IMG/VR virus record: IMGVR_UViG_3300032893_001402
Span: 22 to 64,021 of that record
Strand: one strand, 5' to 3'
Length of the DNA stretch: 64,000 nucleotides
Source of the DNA: a virus
Taxonomy: Duplodnaviria > Caudoviricetes
Both the position numbers and the translations under genes were made by a program. Below, in pieces: positions 1 to 8,283 of the stretch. The number at the start of each line of letters is the position of its first letter. Within the stretch, counting starts at the first letter, position 1. A model generated the notes under the pieces. The model did not search any database, was not told the origin of the DNA, and saw nothing but the letters and a program-made list of their open reading frames with translations.

Positions 1-87
1 TTGCCGCTTGCGTACTCGTTCCCCCGCCTAGCGCATTGAGGGCTCCGGCGATTACTCCACCGACTAAGGCATGGTCAAGGTCGCGTT

Positions 88-381
88 TCATACCCAGCGC
101 TCGTCTAACAGGCCTAAGTATCGTTTTGCCGCCAGCCAAAAATCCAAGTCTCTGCCCCAAGGCCCCCCTGCATCTGCCCATAGTCTACGGGCGACGCTCG
201 CAATATTTTCGTGGTGCTGCGTCCAATCGACGGGTGGGGCATAGCTGAGCTGGTCGATCCATCGATAGCTACCATCGGCTTCGACCTCTACAGGATCAAG
301 CGGAAAATCGAGCTGGAACGTATCGGCAGGTGTCAGGCCGATCGTCGCGGAACTGTTTTTATGGTGTTTGTGGCTCATCAT
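88..381 (-). CDS. Small chimeric protein: tail-protein-like segment plus C-terminal DUF2934-like motif
   Basis: C-terminus IASVARRLWADAGGPWGRDLDFWLAAKRYL resembles DUF2934. Segment FQLDFPLDPVEVEADGSYRWIDQLSYAP matches the tail protein at 34444-36552. Start moved to ATG 381 because 385-466 is a tRNA-like element. Confidence 0.6.
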   Translation of the reverse strand: MMSHKHHKNSSATIGLTPADTFQLDFPLDPVEVEADGSYRWIDQLSYAPPVDWTQHHENIASVARRLWADAGGPWGRDLDFWLAAKRYLGLLDERWV

Positions 382-384
382 GCA

Positions 385-466
385 TGCGGGGCGAAGGACT
401 CGAACCCTCTTCTCTGGACGCACCTGCCTTCTAGGTCCTACCAGATTGCTACCCAGCAAACCCCGC
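385..466 (-). ncRNA. tRNA-like RNA with non-canonical anticodon arm
   Basis: Minus strand reads GCGGGGT-TTGCTGGGTAGCAA-TCTGG[23 nt]CCAGA-GAA-GAGGG TTCGAGT CCTTC-GCCCCGC-A: 7-bp acceptor stem, canonical T-loop, short D hairpin, oversized anticodon loop. Confidence 0.7.
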
Positions 467-471
467 CGTGG

Positions 472-969
472 CTAACCGCGCAATCTGAAAAAGCCGCCGA
501 AAGGCCGGAACCATCCGAGAGGGCGCCAACTTCCGTAAGACGAGCAGCTGCCGCTCCCGCAACTAGATTGCGCTTGCCCACAAGCACATGAACTGCCGCA
601 TGCGCAATTCTGGGCCCGTGTTCCATGACCGTAGGCAATCGTCGGAGTCAGCGGCGGGAAGGTCTGGCCCGGCCGCACTCGATAGCAATAGCCACCCTCG
701 CATCGGCACCAGCAGACGCCGTCCCAGGTGTAGCGATGTCCGTCGGGCCAGTCGCAGCAATAGTCCGAGCCGACACGATAGACAGGTGGCGGAGCAGGAA
801 CCATTACGCCTCGGATGTGAAGCGAGCCGTTAGGATCTGTCCATTGTGAGATCGTCTGGCTCGATGAGAGCGGTTTAGGCTCGCCTGAGGTAGCCCAAAC
901 ATGCGGATCGAACATAGAAGCTGCTGCCAGAATCAACAGCGCGAGTGAAGTAACCGTAATACGTTCCAT
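472..969 (-). CDS. Secreted Cys-rich hypothetical protein
   Basis: N-terminal signal-like segment (ITVTSLALLILAAA), several CC/CxC motifs, C-terminal GGFFRLRG. Confidence 0.65.
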   Translation of the reverse strand: MERITVTSLALLILAAASMFDPHVWATSGEPKPLSSSQTISQWTDPNGSLHIRGVMVPAPPPVYRVGSDYCCDWPDGHRYTWDGVCWCRCEGGYCYRVRPGQTFPPLTPTIAYGHGTRAQNCACGSSCACGQAQSSCGSGSCSSYGSWRPLGWFRPFGGFFRLRG

Positions 970-985
970 GGGTGGGCCTTTCATG

Positions 986-1588
986 TTATGGCGTTGTGGG
1001 CGGGGTCTGTCCTTTGACAACATCGTCGAGTTGTTCAAGATGGTGCTGTTGATCGGAGTTCTGATCTGAAAGCTTCTCTGTCCGGTTCGATAGCGCTGCT
1101 ACTCTTGCGCCCAAAACTGCGACCTTATTTTCAGCCAAATTCGCCCGTAACTTGGCCTCAGTAGCGACGCTGTTGGCTTCCTTGATCCCACTCTTGAGAG
1201 CGTCAATCTCTCCCTGCTGAGCCTTCGACCGTTCCTCACACTCTTCGTGGAGATTGCTTAGCTTGACAGTTTCCTTTTGAAGCGCAAGAATCTGCCCCGC
1301 TTTCTCTTCTGAATCTTTGATCGCCTGGCGCCGATGCTCCTCAATATCCTGAGCCAAAGTTCGGTACTGAGAAATCACGGATGAAGCCTGTTCGGAGTCT
1401 TGTTTCTGTCTCTCGGATCTCTGGTCAAAGTCCTGTTTTTGTCTTTCGGCTTCCTGGCGTCTGCGAGTTTCGGCAGCAGCAGCGCGGGAATTGAGAATGC
1501 TGAGCACAAGGCCGCCTATTGCCGTGGCCGCTGTCGCAATGCCCCCCATAATCATCGCGATTTGTTCTGCCGTGAAACCCCACAACAT
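986..1588 (-). CDS. Membrane-anchored coiled-coil protein (lysis module candidate)
   Basis: N-terminal TM helix followed by long heptad-rich region; GGAGG RBS upstream. Confidence 0.7.
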   Translation of the reverse strand: MLWGFTAEQIAMIMGGIATAATAIGGLVLSILNSRAAAAETRRRQEAERQKQDFDQRSERQKQDSEQASSVISQYRTLAQDIEEHRRQAIKDSEEKAGQILALQKETVKLSNLHEECEERSKAQQGEIDALKSGIKEANSVATEAKLRANLAENKVAVLGARVAALSNRTEKLSDQNSDQQHHLEQLDDVVKGQTPPTTP

Positions 1589-1612
1589 AACCTCCTAGGC
1601 GCAACGCGCCGC

Positions 1613-1978
1613 TTAACTTTGGCGGGCAGCCGTCAGTAACGCTCGATGGTCCCGATGTTCCAACCACCAACGAACCAAGGCCGAGACAATCCCGCTAATA
1701 ATCGCGCCGAGAATAATAACCCAAATCACGAATCCGTATTTGTGCTCATAGGCCTTTCCGACGCTCTCGTAGAGTTCGTGTTCAAACTGCGCTACAGCCG
1801 TTCCGTCATTCACCAGCTTAAGCGCAGCGGTTTCATCCATCTCCGCCCAGTGCGGGTCAGCAATTGCCAGCTCCAAAACCTGGCCGGCCTCAGCGGGATG
1901 CCCCACGCAGGCGAGTCTATAAAGACCCGTAACTTTGGACAAAACCTCGGACGAAATTTGCAGGCCGGCGGCGTTCAT
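1613..1978 (-). CDS. Hypothetical membrane protein
   Basis: C-terminal TM (FVIWVIILGAIISGIVSALV); translationally coupled to the upstream gene. Confidence 0.65.
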   Translation of the reverse strand: MNAAGLQISSEVLSKVTGLYRLACVGHPAEAGQVLELAIADPHWAEMDETAALKLVNDGTAVAQFEHELYESVGKAYEHKYGFVIWVIILGAIISGIVSALVRWWLEHRDHRALLTAARQS

Positions 1979-2283
1979 CTCTTTCCCTTGCGCTTTCTAG
2001 GACGAAGCTTGAATTTCGAGCCGAGCTTGGACTTGGCTTTTGGTTCGAGGTCGTAGATTCGGGCTTCAAGTGAGTTCGCTTGCCGCTGAACTTGGTTGCA
2101 ACCGGCGGCAATTTCGCGCTTGAACGCATCGAAGTCGGCGGCTCTTACATCGCGTTCGTTCGTGAGTCCGGTAAGTTCCCGGCTGGCTTCGGCGTAAACT
2201 CCCCTTAGCCATTTGATCGCTATGCGCTGGGTGGTTACTACAACAGTCAGAAGCCCCAGCCAGACAAGAATCGTGATCATCAT
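1975..2283 (-). CDS. N-terminal TM plus coiled-coil protein (i-spanin-like candidate)
   Basis: MMITILVWLGLLTVVV TM then coiled coil; ATGA overlap with the lipoprotein gene. Confidence 0.55.
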   Translation of the reverse strand: MMITILVWLGLLTVVVTTQRIAIKWLRGVYAEASRELTGLTNERDVRAADFDAFKREIAAGCNQVQRQANSLEARIYDLEPKAKSKLGSKFKLRPRKRKGKR

Positions 2284-2573
2284 CGTGGGGTCCCTTGTTC
2301 GCCCGGAATAATGTATTTGGGCCCATAACCTAATAAGCGCTGCCACAAACCGAGTTGAGGATTCAGCCAATACTCTTGGCCCTCGGTTATAATGTGGCGG
2401 AAAGTGCCGTCCGATTGCTCTTTCCAGGCCGCCGCGCTATTAGGCGGTTGAAGCTGCTTATCGATCTCCCAAGCGTAGTGGTGCGGATGGTACGGATCGG
2501 GCTCGGGAGTCGGATAGAAGCATCCGCCTAGGAGCAGAGTCCCCGCCAGTAATATGAGATAGCGCGCTTTCAT
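2280..2573 (-). CDS. Lipoprotein (o-spanin-like candidate)
   Basis: Signal peptide II MKARYLILLAGTLLLGG-C with lipobox, followed by a Pro-rich segment. Confidence 0.65.
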   Translation of the reverse strand: MKARYLILLAGTLLLGGCFYPTPEPDPYHPHHYAWEIDKQLQPPNSAAAWKEQSDGTFRHIITEGQEYWLNPQLGLWQRLLGYGPKYIIPGEQGTPR

Positions 2574-3047
2574 TTAAGGTTTCTCCGCCCCTAATCCTCT
2601 CTGGTCTTGTGGCGGCAAGCTGCCTTGTTCAGGCGGCGGGCTCGAACCAAGTCCGATCGATCCAAAATCCAGAGTTTCATCGGCAGCCGGCGGCCAGCAG
2701 CGGAACCAGCCCCATTCTCCCTTGTTATTCGTGAACCAGCGCCAAGCTTCAGTACTGCGATCTCGACCGTCATAGACTGGCGGCGGCGCGACTCTGGCAA
2801 GTCTCCAACCGTGCGCTAGCGGAGAATCGACCTGGCGAGAGGGCGGATTCTGGTGGCCGATCGGAGCACAAAGCAGGATTACAATGCCTACGAAACACAT
2901 ACCCAGGAATCCTAAAGACGCACCTACCACGAAAATCCAACCCATACCTAATGTTAGCCGAGGTTTCTGGGGCTGACTCCAACGGGCTACCTGCTCAGCG
3001 ATAAGCTTTTCGATGCGCGGATCAAGGCTAGGGTCTTGGCTGCTCAT
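2574..3047 (-). CDS. Hypothetical membrane protein
   Basis: Single TM, Trp-rich C-terminal part, abuts neighbouring genes. Confidence 0.6.
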   Translation of the reverse strand: MSSQDPSLDPRIEKLIAEQVARWSQPQKPRLTLGMGWIFVVGASLGFLGMCFVGIVILLCAPIGHQNPPSRQVDSPLAHGWRLARVAPPPVYDGRDRSTEAWRWFTNNKGEWGWFRCWPPAADETLDFGSIGLGSSPPPEQGSLPPQDQRGLGAEKP

Positions 3048-3062
3048 AATGGGGCTCGCGAG

Positions 3063-3347
3063 TTATTGGAGATGCGTAAGGTCAGCCGGATAGCTGTTTG
3101 CTGCCGGGGCAGAAACGGGAGCCGAATACGGGAGAGTCTGCTGCCGATTGCCATGCCCGCGAACGAGCAGCAGCGTTAGCGCTGTTATCCCGCACAGGGC
3201 CCCGAACAGCGAGAATAGCGCCAGACAAACGAATCCGAAAATGATCTTGCCGGGGTGGTACAAAATCCAAGCCATCAGGTAGCTATCCCTTAAGAGTTCG
3301 AGGATTGAGAGATCGGGCAGCCCAATTCCCGGCGGTGTAGGGGGCAT
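3063..3347 (-). CDS. Small membrane protein
   Basis: Hydrophobic segment IIFGFVCLALFSLFGALCGITALTLLLV. Confidence 0.6.
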   Translation of the reverse strand: MPPTPPGIGLPDLSILELLRDSYLMAWILYHPGKIIFGFVCLALFSLFGALCGITALTLLLVRGHGNRQQTLPYSAPVSAPAANSYPADLTHLQ

Positions 3348-3348
3348 G

Positions 3349-3549
3349 TTAGAGCACTCCGAAAATGTGAATCAGAAACACGAGGGCGACTACCACGACA
3401 GCCGCGTAGGCCAAAGGCCTCAATTTATTCGACAGGGGGAGCTTACGGGCGATGAACGTCATTACTGTTACGAGCGCCGCTAAGAGCATTAGCGAAAACA
3501 GTAACTCGAGCAAATGAACTTGATACATCGGAAGGGATTGGCGCAGCAT
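3349..3549 (-). CDS. Small two-TM protein (holin-like candidate)
   Basis: Two hydrophobic helices in 66 aa, directly downstream of the peptidase gene. Confidence 0.55.
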   Translation of the reverse strand: MLRQSLPMYQVHLLELLFSLMLLAALVTVMTFIARKLPLSNKLRPLAYAAVVVVALVFLIHIFGVL

Positions 3550-3552
3550 CCG

Positions 3553-5400
3553 CTAGTTATAGCTCGCCGTAACTTGCAGCAGGTGGAATCCGCTATCCGG
3601 CGTACCGTGCCCCTCGCGATACACTGCGAATCCCGCGAACCCGAGGTCATTTTTGGCCCCCCACTCGCCCCAACTGTTCCTCACGCGCAGTCCGAAGCTG
3701 CCGGGTTCGATCTCTACGCCGTCACACATACACATAACGTGGCTCATCCAATTGTAGGCGAACGCGCCGGGTCGAGTCAGCAGGCACATGGCCATATACC
3801 GCTCAAAGACGCTCCCACAATCGACCCACTTAAGGGCTTTGTGCTTCGGTCGATCCGCGATTACTTCCGGCCTGTTTTGCAGGCTCCCGTCGCAAGAATA
3901 GTTGGGCCAAAGATCGGTCGAGACTCCCCCATGTTCGGCCGCATACTTAAGCGCGTTTCCTTCCCATCCCCCGCTGTGTCCGCCGGAGATAGGAACGGCA
4001 AAGCTCGCGGCGCTGATTTGCTTATGCGGTAAATGCTGGATGCGCCGCATTATCGTCATAGCCTGCGCAGGGCCATTAGCCCAACAGTTGCCGGAAATCA
4101 AAACAGAGCCATTCCGGCGCGTAATGAGAGTTCCGTTAGCCACCGAAGCGCAGTAAACAAACCCGTTATACCTATCCCACTCGATATGCTTCTTACGGTC
4201 GAGGCAAAGGCTGTCCGTCCTGCTGGCATAGAGTCGGTAGCGCCTGGAGGGGCGTTCGTTCGTCTCTCCGCTGGGTAGAATGTGGGGCTTTGGATCTTCA
4301 AAGAAGACGCCGCCCCGCTTTCCGAGGCGTAAGTGAAGCTCTTGCAGATCATCGATCATCCGCTTGCTGCTGCTATAGAAAACCTTTTCCCGGTCTTCGT
4401 CGTGCGATTGATCTCCAAAATAATCAAGGAAGATTTCAATCTGGCGCGGACAAGCCCAGCGTAGAAACTCTGGAGCTTTCTTGTTGAGCGCCCCCAACTC
4501 TCGCGACGTGTAGCAAGTTTCGCGTACCCAATCTGCCAGGGCTCCCGCGTCATATCTGACCCAGACTCCAGGCCGGCTAGGGAGTTCCCGGAACCCCAAA
4601 CGTGCTGCAAGAAGCTCGACAAGCTTGCGCCGTTCGGGACGGAAGCAACAGAAGCCTACCCAGTTTTTGGTATTGGCCGTGCCCCCCGCATATCCATCCG
4701 AACAAACCATCCCCAAGAGGGCAATCAAGTCATCGCCTGCGTATACCCGATCTCCAGGTACTCCGAGCTTGACGAAGTTGGTTCCTCTCCAGCTTCGTGG
4801 GGCGTGCATTAGACCTACGTACCATCCCAAATCCTTAGCGAGCTGGAATGAGTATTGATCCGAGAGAGTCTTGCGCTTTTGGTCCCATCTCCGAACAAAC
4901 ATGCGATGGTTCGGAGTAACACCGAAATCGAGCCGTCGGTTCGAGCTGTAAATCATTTCCCCGCGGCGGCGATAGACATGCTTCTGTAAGCACGGTTGGA
5001 ACTCCAAGACGCCATTCTCGGGGTTGACCGTCGCCAGCAAATCTAACCAGTTATAATCGGGCCACGGAATCCAACCCCTTTCGGTCAGAACTTCGGTATC
5101 TTCCGTAGCGCATTGTGGAGTTCCGTCCTGATCGTAGGGGGGGAAATCGCAATAATCGCTGACTCGCGCTTTTCTTGCGATCTGCTCTTTGAGCATCGCC
5201 GACCATTCATTACGCGGCGGGATAGGAATGCCGGCTACTTCCCACGGAACGCTAAAGGATCGGGGGTGGGGTTCATCTCCTAGCGGCGGTCGAGCAGCCA
5301 ACAGCCGCCATTCTCCCCCGGCAAAGACGCGCGTACCGTCGCCGATCAGTTCGCGAAAATTCGACTCGTCATAGACTTTTTCACCCGCGTAAAGCATCAA
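3553..5400 (-). CDS. Papain-like C1 cysteine peptidase interrupted by an intein
   Basis: Spliced extein reads DQDGTPQ|CWANG (oxyanion Gln and catalytic Cys), WMSHVM (His) and RVRNSWG (Asn). Confidence 0.85.
   Translation of the reverse strand: MMLYAGEKVYDESNFRELIGDGTRVFAGGEWRLLAARPPLGDEPHPRSFSVPWEVAGIPIPPRNEWSAMLKEQIARKARVSDYCDFPPYDQDGTPQCATEDTEVLTERGWIPWPDYNWLDLLATVNPENGVLEFQPCLQKHVYRRRGEMIYSSNRRLDFGVTPNHRMFVRRWDQKRKTLSDQYSFQLAKDLGWYVGLMHAPRSWRGTNFVKLGVPGDRVYAGDDLIALLGMVCSDGYAGGTANTKNWVGFCCFRPERRKLVELLAARLGFRELPSRPGVWVRYDAGALADWVRETCYTSRELGALNKKAPEFLRWACPRQIEIFLDYFGDQSHDEDREKVFYSSSKRMIDDLQELHLRLGKRGGVFFEDPKPHILPSGETNERPSRRYRLYASRTDSLCLDRKKHIEWDRYNGFVYCASVANGTLITRRNGSVLISGNCWANGPAQAMTIMRRIQHLPHKQISAASFAVPISGGHSGGWEGNALKYAAEHGGVSTDLWPNYSCDGSLQNRPEVIADRPKHKALKWVDCGSVFERYMAMCLLTRPGAFAYNWMSHVMCMCDGVEIEPGSFGLRVRNSWGEWGAKNDLGFAGFAVYREGHGTPDSGFHLLQVTASYN
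4087..5112 (-). mobile_element. Intein (342 aa) with LAGLIDADG-type homing endonuclease domain
   Basis: Block A CATEDTEVLTERGW, block B VTPNHRM, LAGLIDADG-like LLGMVCSDG, blocks F/G YNGFVYCASVANGTLITRRNGSVLISGN followed by Cys+1. Confidence 0.9.
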
Positions 5401-5411
5401 ATCCCCAACCT

Positions 5412-5891
5412 CTAATTGAGTTGATTGAGCATTCGGATTAGGGCCTGAGGGTCATTTGGTAGCGGTCCTTCGAATCCAGTACGGCCGTTGCTGGCGATGA
5501 TCCACGGCAGGCTAGTTCTAGGCCGCTGCCAGGCGCGTTGCCAAATCGGATCATCGAACTTAAGGCCGTCGGGCTGGTCTTTGTCGAGCAATCGATAAGC
5601 AGGTTCGCTCTTAGCCGAACCGTGCGATTCCTGGATGCAATGCGCGTTTAACCACTCTCGCACTGACCCGGGCCCGGTCGAATTAAGAATCTCGAATTGC
5701 CCCGGGTAATCCTGCTGCATCTTCGCCATTGCAGCGGGCTCGGTGTCATAGACGATCATGCACCGAATTCCGTACTCCGGGATCGGAGCCGGGCCGAGTA
5801 TCGCGCCGCTATCGAGGGCGAGATAGAGAAAGCAGAGAGCAACCGCAAAGACTGTTAGCGGCTTGCTCGGACCTTGAGGTTGTTGATTCAT
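5412..5891 (-). CDS. Exported hypothetical protein (possible degenerate thioredoxin-like fold)
   Basis: N-terminal hydrophobic segment; C-terminal SLPWIIASNG..FEGPLP resembles the thioredoxin cis-Pro region; no CxxC. Confidence 0.55.
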   Translation of the reverse strand: MNQQPQGPSKPLTVFAVALCFLYLALDSGAILGPAPIPEYGIRCMIVYDTEPAAMAKMQQDYPGQFEILNSTGPGSVREWLNAHCIQESHGSAKSEPAYRLLDKDQPDGLKFDDPIWQRAWQRPRTSLPWIIASNGRTGFEGPLPNDPQALIRMLNQLN

Positions 5892-6250
5892 GCGGCACCC
5901 GGAGCGGCGTCCGCTGTCTTTCCTCCCGTGTCGCTAGGCAACTTCGGCATCAACAGGCCCGGCAAAAGCTGCTCAAGTACCTTTAATCGTGCTATGTCTT
6001 TGCGCGCAACAAAGTGCCCACGCATAGCCTGGAATGCTTTCAACAAGCTCTCTTCGTCGGGCCGGTATTCGGGAGCCTGAGCTATGCCGACCTGCGAGGG
6101 AGTTGCGACATAGTAGGGCGGATTCTGCGGCGCGTATGGCTGAGGATTCTTACTTCTGGCAAACTGTACGACAAGAATCAGAACCAAGACCAGAATCGCG
6201 CAGACTACGATGAACTTGAAAACGAATCCTGCGAGCGTGAGAGGGTCCAT
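5888..6250 (-). CDS. Hypothetical membrane protein
   Basis: Strong N-terminal TM. Confidence 0.65.
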   Translation of the reverse strand: MDPLTLAGFVFKFIVVCAILVLVLILVVQFARSKNPQPYAPQNPPYYVATPSQVGIAQAPEYRPDEESLLKAFQAMRGHFVARKDIARLKVLEQLLPGLLMPKLPSDTGGKTADAAPGAA

Positions 6251-6266
6251 TTTGGGCCTTATGGGG

Positions 6267-6743
6267 TTAGGGCGCTATAGTTGCCGTCGTAGGGGCTGGA
6301 GTCTGGAATGACGCGGCAAGGGAGAGATTCAACGTTTGGAAAGTGGCTATTGCACCTTCAATCATGCCGTCGATAATGCCCGGTAGAAAATGGTTGACGA
6401 AGGCCTTGGCCGGGAGATCAAATAGCGAAACTCCCCCGGGTGCAGCCGAAAAAGCCATATCGACAATCGAATCGGCCGCTGTTAGAACGGCTGCCTTTTT
6501 CTGCGCTCCCGTCGAAGTTAGATCCTGTTCGGCCGCGATTACCAACTGGTCAACACCGTAGCGCAATACTCGGAATAGGATCGCGTATTTGAATCCGCCG
6601 GCAAGCTGTTCTTTCGCGTAGGCCTCTGTTGCAGTAAGCGCCGAAACAAGCAAGGATTGCAAATTGGACGGGGTTGCTACTACCGAAGCTGTTGCCGCCG
6701 CTGGAGTTATTGTTGTGGCTGGGGTTGTAGTAACACTGCTCAT
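6267..6743 (-). CDS. Holin-like protein (LL-H-like)
   Basis: AAEQ..TGAQKKAAVL...IIDGMIEGAI pattern resembles LL-H family holins; first gene of the membrane module with GGGAG RBS. Confidence 0.5.
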   Translation of the reverse strand: MSSVTTTPATTITPAAATASVVATPSNLQSLLVSALTATEAYAKEQLAGGFKYAILFRVLRYGVDQLVIAAEQDLTSTGAQKKAAVLTAADSIVDMAFSAAPGGVSLFDLPAKAFVNHFLPGIIDGMIEGAIATFQTLNLSLAASFQTPAPTTATIAP

Positions 6744-6849
6744 GTCTAGGGCTCCCTTTCTCTCCGACTACGTGAAATTCTATCCGGCAAGCTGTGCTAT
6801 ACTTTGCCGGTTAATCTAGTTTTTTTCTTGTACACTTTTGGGGATTCGC

Positions 6850-7116
6850 ATGAGGCACATCGCCAGCAAAGAAAAGTCTCGTGTAACCCGGCGCGACATT
6901 GCCGAGGCAAGCGGAAACAAGCTCACGAATCACAATGTCAGCGAATTACTTTACATCTTACAGCACTTAGGCTTAGCTCGCCGCGTGGATCGAATCAAGG
7001 CCTCTTCTGGCGCAGGCCGACCGTCTGTAATTTGGGAGGTTCCGAAGTGGCTCAAGTTTCTCGCTCCTCCATCTCGCGCTGCCAAAAAGCCGAGGTCGAA
7101 GTCAAAAGTAGCCTAG
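6850..7116 (+). CDS. Winged-helix DNA-binding protein
   Basis: TRRDIAEA..VSELLYILQHLGLARR..GAGRPSVIWEV, typical wHTH with GRP wing. Confidence 0.7.
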   Translation: MRHIASKEKSRVTRRDIAEASGNKLTNHNVSELLYILQHLGLARRVDRIKASSGAGRPSVIWEVPKWLKFLAPPSRAAKKPRSKSKVA

Positions 7117-7127
7117 ACCTTTCGGCC

Positions 7128-7553
7128 ATGCTCAAAGCCGCTATGGCCGCTTGTAAACGCTATGGGCATCCCGTCTCCGACAGTGAGTACGGCAGCTCTA
7201 TAGGAGATGCCGTCTGGCGCGCTGCTACGAGGTTTGACCCTTCCCGTGGCATCAAGCCTACGACGTTGGCTGTCACTTACGCGCTTAGAGCTTGCTCACG
7301 CTTGAAACGGCGCTTGGCCCGTGAACGTACGCGCATCCCATCATTGATCGAGGCTGAGATTGAGCCTCTATCTCGCGAGGCCACAGCCTCGGCAAATCTC
7401 TCGCGCGTAGACTTCGAGCTGTTATCGTATGTCGCCGCGAAGGGTCTAGGAGTTCAAACTGCCAAGGATCTCGGCATGCGCCCTGACCAGCTTCGAGAGA
7501 GAATCGACCGAATAAAGCTGCGCGTAAAGCAAGCCCACATGGAAGCCGGTTAA
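7128..7553 (+). CDS. Small sigma-70-like factor
   Basis: Region 2-like AVWRAATRFDPSRGIKPTTLA and C-terminal region 4-like HTH (QTAKDLGMRPDQLRERIDRIKLRV). Confidence 0.7.
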   Translation: MLKAAMAACKRYGHPVSDSEYGSSIGDAVWRAATRFDPSRGIKPTTLAVTYALRACSRLKRRLARERTRIPSLIEAEIEPLSREATASANLSRVDFELLSYVAAKGLGVQTAKDLGMRPDQLRERIDRIKLRVKQAHMEAG

Positions 7554-7673
7554 CTCCTATCTAAATGTGAAGCTTGTTGCTGGGGTGAAGTCTGCGGGAG
7601 GGCCGTCCTAGTTCGATTTTCTGCTCCGGTGCTGAAGCCGTGACGAGTTATTTTCACAGATATAACTTGTAAG

Positions 7674-7859
7674 TTAAATGTCGCCCTTCTCTACTCTTCT
7701 GGCGGCTTGCAAAAGAATCTCGCGAGCCCACGTTGACGATTGACCGTTAGCGGCTCGGTCGATCTCTTCGCGCTCTGCCTTCGTAAGACGGATTCGCAGG
7801 GGCTTTGCGCGGAGGGCTTCGGGCGGAAGTCGCGGGCGTCCCATCTTGGCGGCTGTCAT
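7674..7859 (-). CDS. Ribbon-helix-helix-like small DNA-binding protein
   Basis: GRPRLP..KPLRIRLTKAEREEIDRAA..SSTWAREILL; GAGGA RBS. Confidence 0.7.
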   Translation of the reverse strand: MTAAKMGRPRLPPEALRAKPLRIRLTKAEREEIDRAANGQSSTWAREILLQAARRVEKGDI

Positions 7860-7878
7860 TGGATCGTCCTCTAAGTTA

Positions 7879-7996
7879 GGAGGGGGACCGGAATCGTACA
7901 CCGGCTCTACGCACTTTATCCCGGGTCGTGGCTGGCCGTGTCACAGCCCTTTGGACTCAACCCAGGTGGCGTGTGCTGCAATTACACTAGCCCCCC
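7879..7996 (-). ncRNA. tRNA-like RNA with large structured insert in the anticodon arm
   Basis: GGGGGGC-TA-GTGTAATTGCAGCAC (D arm) ... GCCGG TGTACGATT CCGG TCCCCCT CC; the middle holds nested helices CTGGGTTG/CGACCCGG and AGTCC/GGGCT. Confidence 0.6.
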
Positions 7997-8018
7997 ATAA
8001 ACTCCGCTAGCACCTATC

Positions 8019-8267
8019 CTACTCTTCTTCCGGTCGAAAAAACGGAGCGTTATACTCCATGTAACGTCTCAGCGCTGCAACCGCTTCTTTGGCCGTAGTA
8101 AAGCAGGTTGCTTTTTCTTCACCTTTAAGCACTAGCGGATACGGCCCCACATAAAGCCACCATCCATCCAACCAAGTCAACGAAATAGAGCCCCTAGGCC
8201 AACCGCGAGCAGCATTCAGATACTCTCGCAGCGCTTCGTATTCCGATTCGTAATCAATTTTCTCCAT
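8019..8267 (-). CDS. Hypothetical protein
   Basis: AGGAG RBS, natural-looking composition. Confidence 0.65.
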   Translation of the reverse strand: MEKIDYESEYEALREYLNAARGWPRGSISLTWLDGWWLYVGPYPLVLKGEEKATCFTTAKEAVAALRRYMEYNAPFFRPEEE

Positions 8268-8283
8268 TTTCGACTCCTAGGTT

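Noticed and set aside
385-466. Canonical decoding tRNA or attP site
   Set aside because: No 7-nt anticodon loop can be assigned, and no integrase or duplicated 3' end is visible.
6804-7127. N-terminal extension of the sigma-like ORF
   Set aside because: Overlaps the better-supported wHTH gene 6850-7116; the sigma-like gene more likely starts at 7128.
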